This document shows positions 19,587 to 29,308 of a stretch of DNA of 64,000 nucleotides, piece by piece. Numbering within the stretch: the stretch's first letter is position 1; every line of letters starts with the position of its first letter. Position numbers and translations under genes: made by a program. The DNA is from Candidatus Chazhemtobacterium aquaticus (GTDB lineage: Bacteria > Patescibacteriota > Microgenomatia > UBA1400 > Chazhemtobacteraceae): assembly GCF_009936135.1 (NCBI RefSeq), contig NZ_CP047901.1, positions 344,984-408,983 on the forward strand, given 5' to 3'. The notes beneath the pieces are model-generated. The model was given only the letters and a program-made list of their open reading frames with translations, ran no database searches and was not told the origin of the DNA.

Positions 19587-21794
19587 CTACAATTGTACCT
19601 TTTTTAATCGTAATGCATTACCTACTACTGAGACGCTTGAAAGTGCCATTGCCGCACTTGCTAACATTGGATTCAACACAACTCCCCAAATCGGGTAAAG
19701 CACGCCCATCGCCACTGGTATTAGTACCACGTTATACCCAAATGCCCAAAAAAGATTTTGCTTAATAACTTTCAAGGTCTCTCGGGAAAGTTTAATGGCA
19801 CGGGGGATTGATTCTATATTGCTATTCATCAATACCACGCTCGCAGATTCCATTGCTATGTCTGTACCTGCTCCCATAGCAATACCTACATCTGCAGCCG
19901 CCAACGCGGGTGCGTCATTGATCCCATCACCCACCATCGCCACTAGCTTACCCTGACCATGCAACTCTGATTGCAGCTCTCTTACTTTTGCCGCCTTATC
20001 TTCAGGCCTCACCTCCGCCATCACCCGGTCTATTCCCACTTCCTCGGCAATTGATTTAGCCGTTCTTGGATTATCACCAGTCAACATGTACACCTCTACT
20101 CCCATCTCCATCATTTGTTTTACTGCATCTCTAGAGTCATCTTTAAGAGTATCCGCCACCGCAATCAGGCCAATCACTCTCCTATTAAGGGAGACTACCA
20201 AAACAGTCTTCCCCTGAGACTGAAATTCCTCAACACGACTCATTTCTTTTAAGCCAAATCGTTTTGCATAGACAGGACTTGATACCACCACCTCGTCTCC
20301 GTTAATTATGGCTCTCACTCCGACACCAGTCATTGCCTCAAATTTCTCCGGTTTGTCCAAACGCCATTTCTTCCTTTTTGCATACTTAACCACTGCCTGG
20401 CCGAGTGGATGTTCTGAGTGGCTTTCTACCCCCGCCGCCAACTCAACAATCCTTTTCTCCCTAGCTCTACTCAACGAAACGACTTCAGTCACCTCCACTT
20501 CTCCCTTTGTTAGAGTTCCTGTTTTGTCTAAAATAACGCTTCGCACCTTATTTAATTGCTCGAGTGCCGTTGCGTCCTTTATCAAAATCCCTTTCTCCGC
20601 CCCTTTTCCTGTTCCAACCATTACGGCTGTTGGCGTTGCCAGTCCTAAAGCACACGGACATGCGATTATTAACACCGTTACCGCCGCCACCATCGCTGGC
20701 ACAAACGCCACTCCCGGATACAACACAAACCAAGCCACAAAGGTTGCCACTGACAGCATCATTACCACCGGCACGAAGTATCCAGAAACCACATCAGCCA
20801 ATTTTTGGATTGGCGCTTTCGATCCCTGAGCCTGAGAGACCAGTTCTACAATTTGAGCCAACACCGTATCAGACCCCACCTTTGTCGCCCTAAAAAGAAA
20901 ACTCCCCACCTTGTTTATTGTTGCTCCCACCACCTTGTCCCCCTTCTTCTTCTCCACCGGTAACGACTCGCCAGTAACCATTGACTCATCTACTGTGCTT
21001 TCACCCTCAATCACCACTCCGTCTACTGGAATCTTTTCTCCCGGCCTAACCAATAACACGTCGCCCACTACCACCTGATCAACAGCCACCTCAACAAACT
21101 CACGCCCCCTCTTTACCCGAGCCATCTTGGCTTGCAATCCCAGAAGTTTTTTAATCGCTTCCCCGGCCTGTCCCTTGGCCCTTGCCTCCAAATACTTCCC
21201 TAACATGATCAACACAATCACCACTGCCGCTACCTCAAAATACACATGAAGATCCAATCCTGCCTGGACAAAATAATCAGGAGCGATCGTCACCACCGCC
21301 GAGAACACATATGCCGCCAAGGTCCCTGTCGTGATCAGAGTGTCCATGTTGGCCAACCGATGTTTAAACGCTTTCCATGCCGAAATCATGTATTCGCCCC
21401 CAACCCAAAACTGTACCGGCGTTGCCAACACTAATCCGATCCAATTAGCCTCCCCCATCGACAAATTAGGCAACCAGCCAAACCAGTCCCTCATTGACAA
21501 CATCATTAACAAGATAGAAATCACCCCACCAATCAATAACTTAATCTTTTTTTCTTCCAAAGCCGAGTCCTCTTTCTTTACCTCACCGTCCATTTTTATG
21601 TCATAGCCAATGCTTCTAGCCGCTTCCTGCACTCGAGTTAGGTCTACTTGACCCTCAAATTGTGCCTCCTCAGTTGCATAATTAACCCCAACCCTATTAA
21701 CCCCTGGTATTTTCTTAAAAACCCGCTCCAAATTAGCCGCACACGATGCGCAGTGCATTCCCACAACCTTCACTCTTGTCTTGTTTTTTTCCAT
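19587..21794 (-). CDS. copA: copper-translocating P1B-type ATPase
   Basis: N-terminal [18 protein letters not shown] motif ([12 protein letters not shown]), DKTGTLT phosphorylation site, and [10 protein letters not shown]. Confidence 0.9.
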   Translation of the reverse strand: MEKNKTRVKVVGMHCASCAANLERVFKKIPGVNRVGVNYATEEAQFEGQVDLTRVQEAARSIGYDIKMDGEVKKEDSALEEKKIKLLIGGVISILLMMLSMRDWFGWLPNLSMGEANWIGLVLATPVQFWVGGEYMISAWKAFKHRLANMDTLITTGTLAAYVFSAVVTIAPDYFVQAGLDLHVYFEVAAVVIVLIMLGKYLEARAKGQAGEAIKKLLGLQAKMARVKRGREFVEVAVDQVVVGDVLLVRPGEKIPVDGVVIEGESTVDESMVTGESLPVEKKKGDKVVGATINKVGSFLFRATKVGSDTVLAQIVELVSQAQGSKAPIQKLADVVSGYFVPVVMMLSVATFVAWFVLYPGVAFVPAMVAAVTVLIIACPCALGLATPTAVMVGTGKGAEKGILIKDATALEQLNKVRSVILDKTGTLTKGEVEVTEVVSLSRAREKRIVELAAGVESHSEHPLGQAVVKYAKRKKWRLDKPEKFEAMTGVGVRAIINGDEVVVSSPVYAKRFGLKEMSRVEEFQSQGKTVLVVSLNRRVIGLIAVADTLKDDSRDAVKQMMEMGVEVYMLTGDNPRTAKSIAEEVGIDRVMAEVRPEDKAAKVRELQSELHGQGKLVAMVGDGINDAPALAAADVGIAMGAGTDIAMESASVVLMNSNIESIPRAIKLSRETLKVIKQNLFWAFGYNVVLIPVAMGVLYPIWGVVLNPMLASAAMALSSVSVVGNALRLKKVQL

Positions 21795-21814
21795 TCGTCC
21801 TCCCTCTGTTTCTA

Positions 21815-22207
21815 TTATTTTTTAACCACTAATTTTCCCCGCACCATGCCCATCCCGCAAGTGAAGCTATAGGTCCCCACTTTTGTTGGGGTAAATCTAA
21901 CAACAGTCCGCTTTCCCTCTGGTAATCTCGCCTTGACCTCCCTCTTTTCTTTTGTGGGCAACTTGTCAAATATCACCCACTCGGTACAATCTCCCTTGTC
22001 GCGGCGATCAAAAACCACCTCCACCAACTTATTTACTTTCACCTCGACAACGGCTGGGTCATACGCCCCTTCAACCAGTATCTCCACTTTTTGCCCTTCA
22101 TCTTGCTCCTCCACCTTTACCCCTTTCTTAGGCCCAAAAAAATAATAGGCAATCGCAATAATAAGACCAACCCCCCCTCCTATTACCAACCAATCCACAT
22201 TAGTCAT
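21815..22207 (-). CDS. membrane-anchored cupredoxin-like domain protein
   Basis: N-terminal TM, then a beta domain ending [24 protein letters not shown]. The C-x-M-G-M motif is shared with the 18522-19571 C-terminus. Confidence 0.6.
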   Translation of the reverse strand: MTNVDWLVIGGGVGLIIAIAYYFFGPKKGVKVEEQDEGQKVEILVEGAYDPAVVEVKVNKLVEVVFDRRDKGDCTEWVIFDKLPTKEKREVKARLPEGKRTVVRFTPTKVGTYSFTCGMGMVRGKLVVKK

Positions 22208-22209
22208 GT

Positions 22210-23052
22210 TTACCTCTTTCTAACGGCCACGTTAACCAATTTATAAACTACATACACCACCCCAGCAACAAACAATCCGTCCAGCCAAAACCCTTGCACT
22301 CTCTCAGTTATGCCAAAAGCAATCGCGTAAATCAATCTTGTTGTCTCACTTTCTGCCATATCCATTCCCAAATTTCCATTTAAGGTCAACCAAATCATCA
22401 ACACCCCGGTTGTCAAAAAAACCATAAACGCCACCAGGTCAGTTATCAGCACCAAATACTCCTTACTACCCAAGCGAATTACCCCCAGCCTCTTTCTCCA
22501 TAGCGGACTTGCCAACAAGTTCTTTTTATCGATAAACAAGGAAGCAATGTATAACGGTGTCACCATACCCAACACGTACACAACCCCCACGAGTAACGAC
22601 CAAATCACCCCCGGCGCCATACTCGACAATGTTAGCACCCCAACCAATACTGGTGCACAACAACTTGACGTTATGCCGGAAAACACACCCAAGATAAAGG
22701 TCGACCAGGCATCCACTCTCTGGCCTGAGCCACGGCGGCTGAACTTTGGCATTGGCAGTTTTATGCCAAAAAGTGACATCCAAGCCACCCCGATCATCAC
22801 CATACCTCCAACGATATAGGTCCAGTCATGCATTCTAAAAAACAAACTACTCAACGCCTTAACCCCTAAGACCACTGGTAGCATCACCACCATGATTCCC
22901 AATGAGTAAATCAGAGTCATCAACAACACCTTTTTCTTTTCTCGAAAAACATTCCCGAGATAAGCGGGTAATAGGTAAGTCACACAACAAGGAGCAAACA
23001 ACGCCACCATGCCTGCCACGAAAGCCGCTATCAACGAAATCTGTATCATCAT
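22210..23052 (-). CDS. CcdA/DsbD-like (DsbD_2) thiol-disulfide transmembrane electron transfer protein
   Basis: TM1 motif ALFAPCCVTYLLPAYLG resembles the CcdA SPC..PL.P.YL signature. Polytopic. Confidence 0.65.
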   Translation of the reverse strand: MMIQISLIAAFVAGMVALFAPCCVTYLLPAYLGNVFREKKKVLLMTLIYSLGIMVVMLPVVLGVKALSSLFFRMHDWTYIVGGMVMIGVAWMSLFGIKLPMPKFSRRGSGQRVDAWSTFILGVFSGITSSCCAPVLVGVLTLSSMAPGVIWSLLVGVVYVLGMVTPLYIASLFIDKKNLLASPLWRKRLGVIRLGSKEYLVLITDLVAFMVFLTTGVLMIWLTLNGNLGMDMAESETTRLIYAIAFGITERVQGFWLDGLFVAGVVYVVYKLVNVAVRKR

Positions 23053-23795
23053 TTTCTTTTCACTATCGCCGTAAACTCAGCGCTCAAATTTTTAAAATTC
23101 GGATTATCCGTCTCGATATATATTTGTCTAGTTAAATCTCCCAAATCAGAATCGTCTCCATGCACTGAAGGGACAAACACCACCTTAACTGGGACCTCTT
23201 CATATGCCCCTACTGTCACCTCCTCCATCGAGGGTATTGTGCAAGAACAAGAACCAGTCAACCTTGTTACCGTTAACTCAGTCGGAGTGTTATTTACCAA
23301 CCTAAACTCCAACTCCGCCCCCTTGACGTAATCAACTTCCCCTAAATCAACTCTCTCAGGCTTTATCAGCACTCCTGCATGAGACTCTCGGTACGCCTGG
23401 ACTCCCCCTACCAGATCAAACACCTTCCTATACCCCATCTCCACCAGCTTTTCTGCCGCGATCTTACTCATCGAGCCTGATCTACAATACACCAAAATAG
23501 GAACACCCTTGTCCTCTGGTAACTTGTTAACGTTCTCCGCCACTTGGTCATAGGGGATAAACGCATCCGTCCCCGCCAGATGCTGCTGCTCTGGAGTGTG
23601 TACATCTAAAATAAACACACCATCCCTCTCTAGCCACTCATCAGCGTCTTCAGCCTTAACCGCCACCACCTTTTCACGTCCTACCCTATCACTATCCTCT
23701 AATCCCTCACTAGCACCTCTTCCCATCAACCAGCCCACAGCTAACACCACCAAGACCAACAACCACACCAGCATCATTTTCTTTGATTGTTTCAT
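23049..23795 (-). CDS. secreted rhodanese-domain protein fused to a DUF1573-like C-terminal domain
   Basis: Rhodanese active-site loop ILVYCRSGSMS. C-terminal block TGSCSCT...VHG...IETDNP is homologous to the 24780-25277 product. Confidence 0.65.
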   Translation of the reverse strand: MKQSKKMMLVWLLVLVVLAVGWLMGRGASEGLEDSDRVGREKVVAVKAEDADEWLERDGVFILDVHTPEQQHLAGTDAFIPYDQVAENVNKLPEDKGVPILVYCRSGSMSKIAAEKLVEMGYRKVFDLVGGVQAYRESHAGVLIKPERVDLGEVDYVKGAELEFRLVNNTPTELTVTRLTGSCSCTIPSMEEVTVGAYEEVPVKVVFVPSVHGDDSDLGDLTRQIYIETDNPNFKNLSAEFTAIVKRK

Positions 23796-23798
23796 CTT

Positions 23799-24758
23799 CT
23801 ATGCCCCGCAACTACTTCCAGAAGACTTGCTTCCAGGGATATTGCCCATCTCTTGTTTAATCTGCTGGTAACCAGGGGCCGAGCTATACTTGGCCGACAG
23901 CACTTCAGCCGCATCCACATCCGCCCACAACTTATCCTCTTTCGTCTGAAAGTGGTATGCCAAATCGACATAAGTCTGCTCAAACCAGTACGAGTTAAAC
24001 GCCAGTGCCGCCTCATAAATCTCTTCCTCCGAGAAACCCTGGTCAACCATTAACTCCACCAATCCTAAAATCGCCATCCCATGGTTGCAATCAGGAAAAG
24101 AAGTGGGATTCCCACAGCATGGCCGATAAATACCTCCACTAATCTTGGCCACCATCTCCTGCTCTTCATCACTCAAATCGATTATCCTCGCCGAACTATA
24201 CAAATCAACCGCCTGCTTTGATCCCAAAGTCCAACCAGCGGTCGAAGCAAAATTCCCCAGATCTTTCCTGTATTCAGTCCCCATTATCCCTTTATCAAGA
24301 ACATCGGAAGCCTGTACCAGCCCCAACGCCCACAAAGTATTCACCCAAAAATACGCATTGTTTTTATCAATCGTAATACCATCATCTTTATTTTCAGTCA
24401 GGTATCTCAACAACTCATCGTACTTTGGATCGCCATAATTCTCTTCATATTTCGCCAGATCAATTGCGCCAGTCTCTACTAATCTCTGGCCCACCTGTCC
24501 CCACTTAATAGGTACCGTATAGCCTTCTGTTGGCACCACCAACTCCGCCAGATTATCGTATGTCGGCTCAGGTAGTGGAGCTGGTGTTGGAGTAATCAAA
24601 CCAATCCGAGTCAACAACCTACTTTCACCCTTTAATCGCACCTCAAACATATCGGCCCAGACTGTCAAGACCATCATCACTAACCCTGCAAACAGTAATA
24701 CCCCAACAACCCCCGACCGATTTACTTTTGATTTATTTTTACTATCCATTTTTATCAA
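23799..24758 (-). CDS. hypothetical membrane-anchored Cys-rich protein
   Basis: N-terminal TM, then motif RPCCGNPTSFPDCNHGMA and a C-terminal SSCGA. No family assigned. Confidence 0.45.
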   Translation of the reverse strand: MIKMDSKNKSKVNRSGVVGVLLFAGLVMMVLTVWADMFEVRLKGESRLLTRIGLITPTPAPLPEPTYDNLAELVVPTEGYTVPIKWGQVGQRLVETGAIDLAKYEENYGDPKYDELLRYLTENKDDGITIDKNNAYFWVNTLWALGLVQASDVLDKGIMGTEYRKDLGNFASTAGWTLGSKQAVDLYSSARIIDLSDEEQEMVAKISGGIYRPCCGNPTSFPDCNHGMAILGLVELMVDQGFSEEEIYEAALAFNSYWFEQTYVDLAYHFQTKEDKLWADVDAAEVLSAKYSSAPGYQQIKQEMGNIPGSKSSGSSCGA

Positions 24759-24779
24759 CCTTAATTTTTAATTTTCAAC

Positions 24780-25277
24780 TCACCTCACGACCATTGCCGT
24801 TAACATCCAACTCAGTTTTGGACTACTTACATCATTGGTCTCAATCGTCACAGTTCGAGAAATCGGCCCCACCCCATTTGGCCCATGAAACATCGGATCA
24901 AACTTAACCAATACATCAACCGTCTCCCCGGGATCAACCTCCAGTACATATTGAGATTTGTCGTGCATTCCAAACACTGGCGAGGTCTGTTCACCCTTAG
25001 CCATCTGCGCTGTCGTACACACACATGAAGTCTCCACATTAAATAGCTTCAACACTTCATCCCCCTCATTTTTAACCAGAAAAACCTTCTCCACTATCCC
25101 GCCATCAATTTTAATCTCCCCCCAGTCATAACTCTTCTCCTCCACTACTGCCACTGCGCCCTCACTCATCTCTACCTGGGCAGAATTCGCCATCGTGCTC
25201 GCCAACCATACCGACCCTCCAAACAACACCACTAACCCCACAATTATGGCCATTACTGTAGTCTTACTCATCATCAT
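24780..25277 (-). CDS. membrane-anchored DUF1573-like domain protein
   Basis: Block VKNEGDEVLKLFNVETSCVCT...FHGPNG...IETNDV parallels the C-terminal domain of the 23049-23795 product. Confidence 0.5.
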   Translation of the reverse strand: MMMSKTTVMAIIVGLVVLFGGSVWLASTMANSAQVEMSEGAVAVVEEKSYDWGEIKIDGGIVEKVFLVKNEGDEVLKLFNVETSCVCTTAQMAKGEQTSPVFGMHDKSQYVLEVDPGETVDVLVKFDPMFHGPNGVGPISRTVTIETNDVSSPKLSWMLTAMVVR

Positions 25278-25767
25278 TTTTTTTCAAATTAATATATCGA
25301 CTTGTGTCATGTCTAAATTTCTCCATACACCCCTCAGCACAGAAATAGTAGCTTTCCCCATTTTTCCTAACAGCATACCCAGCCGTTTTAGGTGATAGCC
25401 TCATGCCACACACCGGATCAATCACCACCGGCCACAAGTCCTGCATCTTAAAAGCCAGCTCGTCAGCAACCCTCTCACCCTTATGTTTCTTAATCAACAC
25501 CTCTCTTAACAAATCACTCGCCTTCACAAAATTCTTTTCACTCAACCGATAAAACACTTCTTTACCCACCTTCTGGCTTTCCACCACCCCCGCCTCTCTC
25601 ATCACCATCAGATGTTGAGATAGATTGGCTTGTGGCAATCCCAACATCTCCACTATCTCACTTACATTCAGACTTTGATGGCGCAGTAAATGCAGAATCT
25701 CCAGTCGCTTAGGATGAGCCAGTGCCTTTAATAACTCAGCTTGTAGTTCAAATACCTCCTGATACAT
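25264..25767 (-). CDS. ArsR/SmtB-family transcriptional regulator with C-terminal YHS/TRASH metal-binding domain
   Basis: wHTH block HPKRLEILHLL...NVSEIVEMLGLPQANLSQHL and C-terminal CGMRL...YYFCAEGC. Confidence 0.75.
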   Translation of the reverse strand: MYQEVFELQAELLKALAHPKRLEILHLLRHQSLNVSEIVEMLGLPQANLSQHLMVMREAGVVESQKVGKEVFYRLSEKNFVKASDLLREVLIKKHKGERVADELAFKMQDLWPVVIDPVCGMRLSPKTAGYAVRKNGESYYFCAEGCMEKFRHDTSRYINLKKNDDE

Positions 25768-25826
25768 ATTCGCTTTTTCGAATATATACTACCACCACAA
25801 CCTCTGTCAACCCTCTCCCTCAACCA

Positions 25827-26489
25827 TTACTTACCTTTTTTTCTAGAAGAACTCCCCACCTTCCCACCCTCCATATCACCACTCCTCCACAAGTATCTAA
25901 TCGCCATTACTAGCAAAGTGATTACCAAAACCAACAACAATAACTTGACTCCAATTACCAAAAATACAACCAACCCAATCCAGGGTATAAACTTACCAAC
26001 CCAATTCAAAGCCTTGTCATTCACCTCTACCTCTCCACCCCACCTGTCCCAATCAAAAGCCATCGGCCACATTCTACCCATCATTCCTCCAATCGCTCCT
26101 CCCCAAACCACAGCCGGACTATCTTCATCGCATCCCAAATAGTTCCTACCCATCTGTAAGTGGACATTCCACCATCCCTCGCTCTCCTCGCCACCCATCA
26201 TCCGATCCATCTCTTCATGTCTCTCTCCAGGATGCATTCGCTCCATCACTGCGTCTCCAAGTCTCACCATATCCTCATCACTTACTAACTCGCAATCAAG
26301 ATCATCTACCGTCTCCACCTCATACTTATCCACCAACTCACCAATCACTACTTCCAGCTCTTCATGGCCACCAAACTCCTCATCCACCCCTTCACTCGCC
26401 ATCATCCCCACCTGCGCCTCAACACTTGCAGCCGATCTGGCCAGTAAAAATACCAACCCAAATAATACTAAGCCCAACTTGATCTTCAT
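25827..26489 (-). CDS. secreted Met/His-rich protein with C-terminal TM, putative Cu-binding
   Basis: Signal peptide, Met/His-rich segments (MHPGERHEEMDRMMGG; GGMMGRMWPM) and a C-terminal hydrophobic helix. Confidence 0.5.
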   Translation of the reverse strand: MKIKLGLVLFGLVFLLARSAASVEAQVGMMASEGVDEEFGGHEELEVVIGELVDKYEVETVDDLDCELVSDEDMVRLGDAVMERMHPGERHEEMDRMMGGEESEGWWNVHLQMGRNYLGCDEDSPAVVWGGAIGGMMGRMWPMAFDWDRWGGEVEVNDKALNWVGKFIPWIGLVVFLVIGVKLLLLVLVITLLVMAIRYLWRSGDMEGGKVGSSSRKKGK

Positions 26490-26524
26490 AAGCCCAGTAT
26501 ATCAAATCATTTTAGTGATAAGAT

Positions 26525-26923
26525 ATGCCCATGCAGGCCGTTCTCAGACATAAAGCCTTAATTGAATTTTTAAGCTATGCCCTACCTGAAGTCTTTGAAG
26601 CCTTGGGCCATTCTTCCGAGGATGCTCAGTCTCTTACTAAATCCTTCATTCTCAAAATCCACCATCACGCCGCCAACCAATTAGCTAAAGCAAGAAACCC
26701 TGAAATATCCACCCAAACTAGCCAAATGACTAGTCCAGATGATATAATCTTGCTTCTTGAGCAATACTTTGACTCAAGTCAGATCGACCTTGAACTAACC
26801 CAAGCCACCTATCTGGCCATCGACTCTGCCATACATCGCATCTCAATCCAAGTCGATCGGGATTGCTGGCAAAAAGTCACCAGCATACTTGAACAAAAAA
26901 TTGCTCGACTAAAACTAGTATAA
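26525..26923 (+). CDS. hypothetical protein
   Basis: ORF with coding composition. No motif. Confidence 0.4.
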   Translation: MPMQAVLRHKALIEFLSYALPEVFEALGHSSEDAQSLTKSFILKIHHHAANQLAKARNPEISTQTSQMTSPDDIILLLEQYFDSSQIDLELTQATYLAIDSAIHRISIQVDRDCWQKVTSILEQKIARLKLV

Positions 26924-27126
26924 ATTATAAATATGAATGAATCCATAAAACCTCAACCAGAGACAAACCCTCAAGAAACTAGAGACACCAAGATTGGCTC
27001 TCTCTTAAATCTCTTGCGCCAGAAACTACATCTTAACTCCGTTCCTGCCGGACAGTTCTCTCTCGACAACTTTCCTCTCCTACCCTAACATCTCCTCCTC
27101 AAATACAAACAAGCAAACTTTCTTCA

Positions 27127-27915
27127 TCACGCCAATTTAAGCTGGATCCACTTATACCCCGAAAATATAAAGTTCATTATTAGTAATGAACTTAAATAAG
27201 GCGACCCTCCCCACTTGTTTATCATCATCACCGCCAGTATACCTCCCAGCGCCAAACCATAAATCCACTCCTGCCAATCAATTACTGGCGATGTCTTAGG
27301 CTCAGTCGCCATCAGTAACAAGAAAAATCCAAATGTCCCTTCAAATATTATGGCCAACGGCAATCTTCCAACCAGAACCACATAAATTGCCGCGAAAGCC
27401 ACACTCACTCCAACTAAAGTAGGTATCTTTTTATATACCCAAACCAACCATAAACCAACCGGTAATGTTAGCAACATTGCCACGCTCATATTAAACACAG
27501 GTAGTCTAGGCGCAAAACTAACCCCCCACCAAGTGGTTGATAATCCCACCAACGTCATTATCATCAATCCAATCGCAGCCGGATTAAATATTGGTTGACC
27601 TTTGAACCTCACCACTGTTTTTATCAACGCCGTCACCAAACCCAGCCCCGCCATTAACCCTGGTTTTGCATCTACATCAGCCAGTAAAACCAGTATCATC
27701 ACGGTAATCGCCAAGTTGCTTATTCTCGGCTTAGCTCCAAAAGTGGCCAACACCAACAAGTGTGGAACCAAAAATCCTCCCACCAACGAAACCACTCTCC
27801 ACAACTCCCTCTCGTACCCTCCCTCCAAACGGCTAGATATTGCCAAAACATAAAGTACCAACAGATAAATGACTGTTAACAAAATAGGTTTCCTCCAAAA
27901 AGCTAAGTTCCGCAT
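27127..27915 (-). CDS. RnfD/NqrB-like polytopic membrane protein, short divergent form
   Basis: FFLLLMATEPKTSP resembles the conserved FFMATDPVT block of RnfD/NqrB. No SGAT flavinylation motif was seen. Confidence 0.5.
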   Translation of the reverse strand: MRNLAFWRKPILLTVIYLLVLYVLAISSRLEGGYERELWRVVSLVGGFLVPHLLVLATFGAKPRISNLAITVMILVLLADVDAKPGLMAGLGLVTALIKTVVRFKGQPIFNPAAIGLMIMTLVGLSTTWWGVSFAPRLPVFNMSVAMLLTLPVGLWLVWVYKKIPTLVGVSVAFAAIYVVLVGRLPLAIIFEGTFGFFLLLMATEPKTSPVIDWQEWIYGLALGGILAVMMINKWGGSPYLSSLLIMNFIFSGYKWIQLKLA

Positions 27916-27969
27916 ACTCTTTCATCATAATATATTGTCGACCCTAACAAAACGTGTTAGAACAAAGCC

Positions 27970-28389
27970 ATGAACCGTTTTTATCCCATCATTCTCCTCA
28001 TCGCCGTATTCACACTATCCGCCTGTCAAATATCTGATCTCCAATCACTACTTAAAACAGAACAAGTCATCACTCAAGAACCAAGTTGGACAGTCGATGG
28101 TAACACCTACACCACCACCGTTGAATACGATGTTCCTGAAGGCGCGGAGTCAAACTCCTTCTCCCTTGTTATCAAAGACGGCATTATCTCCTCCGTTGAA
28201 ATCGGCATCACAACCACCAACAAAGCCAGTCTAAAATACCAACAAGACTTCGCCAAAAATATTGCCTCCATTGTTGTTGGTCAAAAAATTTCTGAACTAA
28301 AATCCATCGATCGAGTTAGTGGCGCCTCAGTCACCACCACTGCCTTTAACGACGCCCTCCTTAAACTCCAGCAACAACTCCAGTCTTAA
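27970..28389 (+). CDS. FMN-binding domain lipoprotein (RnfG/NqrC/PplA-like)
   Basis: Lipobox LSAC, and FMN_bind motif with flavinylation consensus D-x-x-S-G-A-S (IDRVSGASVTT). Confidence 0.7.
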   Translation: MNRFYPIILLIAVFTLSACQISDLQSLLKTEQVITQEPSWTVDGNTYTTTVEYDVPEGAESNSFSLVIKDGIISSVEIGITTTNKASLKYQQDFAKNIASIVVGQKISELKSIDRVSGASVTTTAFNDALLKLQQQLQS

Positions 28390-28392
28390 TTA

Positions 28393-29277
28393 ATGTTTAG
28401 CTTCAACCTGACCGGCTTGGGCACCAGTTGGTCTATCATAATCGACACCCTTCGTCCTTCCAACCCCACCCATCTTTACTCTCTACTTCAACAACAACTA
28501 GTTGATTTTGAAGCCAAATACTCTCGTTTTCTTTCTACCAGCCAACTCTCACAACTTAACAACTCATCCTCTCCTTCTTATCCCCTCTCTCCCGATTTGC
28601 TTACCATGATTAACCTTGGACTTAAGCTCAAGTCTTTAAGTCATGGCCATTTCGACCTCAACATTGCCACCCAACTTGAGGATATTGGTTACGATCAACA
28701 CTACTCTTTTACGCCTAAAACTGATCACCACCTACATATACCCGGAACTTACCATCTTAAAAACAATCGTCTCATTCGCCGTGGCCAAGTCAAGCTTGAT
28801 CTAGGCTCGCTCGGCAAAGGCTACCTCATCGATCAACTAGCCCAAACTCTCCACCAGCATCAGACCCCCTATTTCCTCATTGATGGTGGTGGGGATCTCT
28901 ATGGCACCACCAAAAAAGACCTCTCTCCTTGGAGGATAGCTATTGAACACCCTTTTGACTCCAATATTGCCATCGCCACTCTAAGCTTAAACCATCAAGC
29001 CATCGCCACTTCCACCTCTCAAAAACGCCGCTTTGGCTCTTTTCATCACCTTCTTGATGCAAAAAAACACACCCCCGTTAACACTATCCTCTCTCTCACC
29101 ACTCTTTCTTCATCCGCTCTCACCGCCGATGCCGCTGCTACCGCTCTTTTTGTAACCCCCCTTTCTCTCTGGTCTACCATCACTCAACACACCCAGACTC
29201 AATACTTGGCCCTAGATCATCAGCAAAACCTAACCTCCTCGCCGAACTTTCCCGTCAAGATCCTCTACCCTTCCTAA
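28393..29277 (+). CDS. apbE: FAD:protein FMN transferase (ApbE family)
   Basis: DLGSLGKGYLIDQ (ApbE DxGxxxKGYAxD motif) and overall ApbE length. Confidence 0.8.
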   Translation: MFSFNLTGLGTSWSIIIDTLRPSNPTHLYSLLQQQLVDFEAKYSRFLSTSQLSQLNNSSSPSYPLSPDLLTMINLGLKLKSLSHGHFDLNIATQLEDIGYDQHYSFTPKTDHHLHIPGTYHLKNNRLIRRGQVKLDLGSLGKGYLIDQLAQTLHQHQTPYFLIDGGGDLYGTTKKDLSPWRIAIEHPFDSNIAIATLSLNHQAIATSTSQKRRFGSFHHLLDAKKHTPVNTILSLTTLSSSALTADAAATALFVTPLSLWSTITQHTQTQYLALDHQQNLTSSPNFPVKILYPS

Positions 29278-29308
29278 TCCACTCGCCGAAATGCCTTTTC
29301 AAACATCT

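Noticed and set aside
20308-20893. Plus-strand ORFs of 173, 109 and 61 aa inside copA
   Set aside because: They are antisense to a strongly supported P-type ATPase gene, with low-complexity S/T/P-rich translations and no start signals.
26933-27085. 50-aa ORF (MNESIKPQPETNPQETRDTKIGSLLNLLRQKLHLNSVPAGQ...) after the 26525-26923 gene
   Set aside because: It is short, has no RBS or motif, and has a polar low-complexity start. Kept only as a note because it falls below any confidence threshold.
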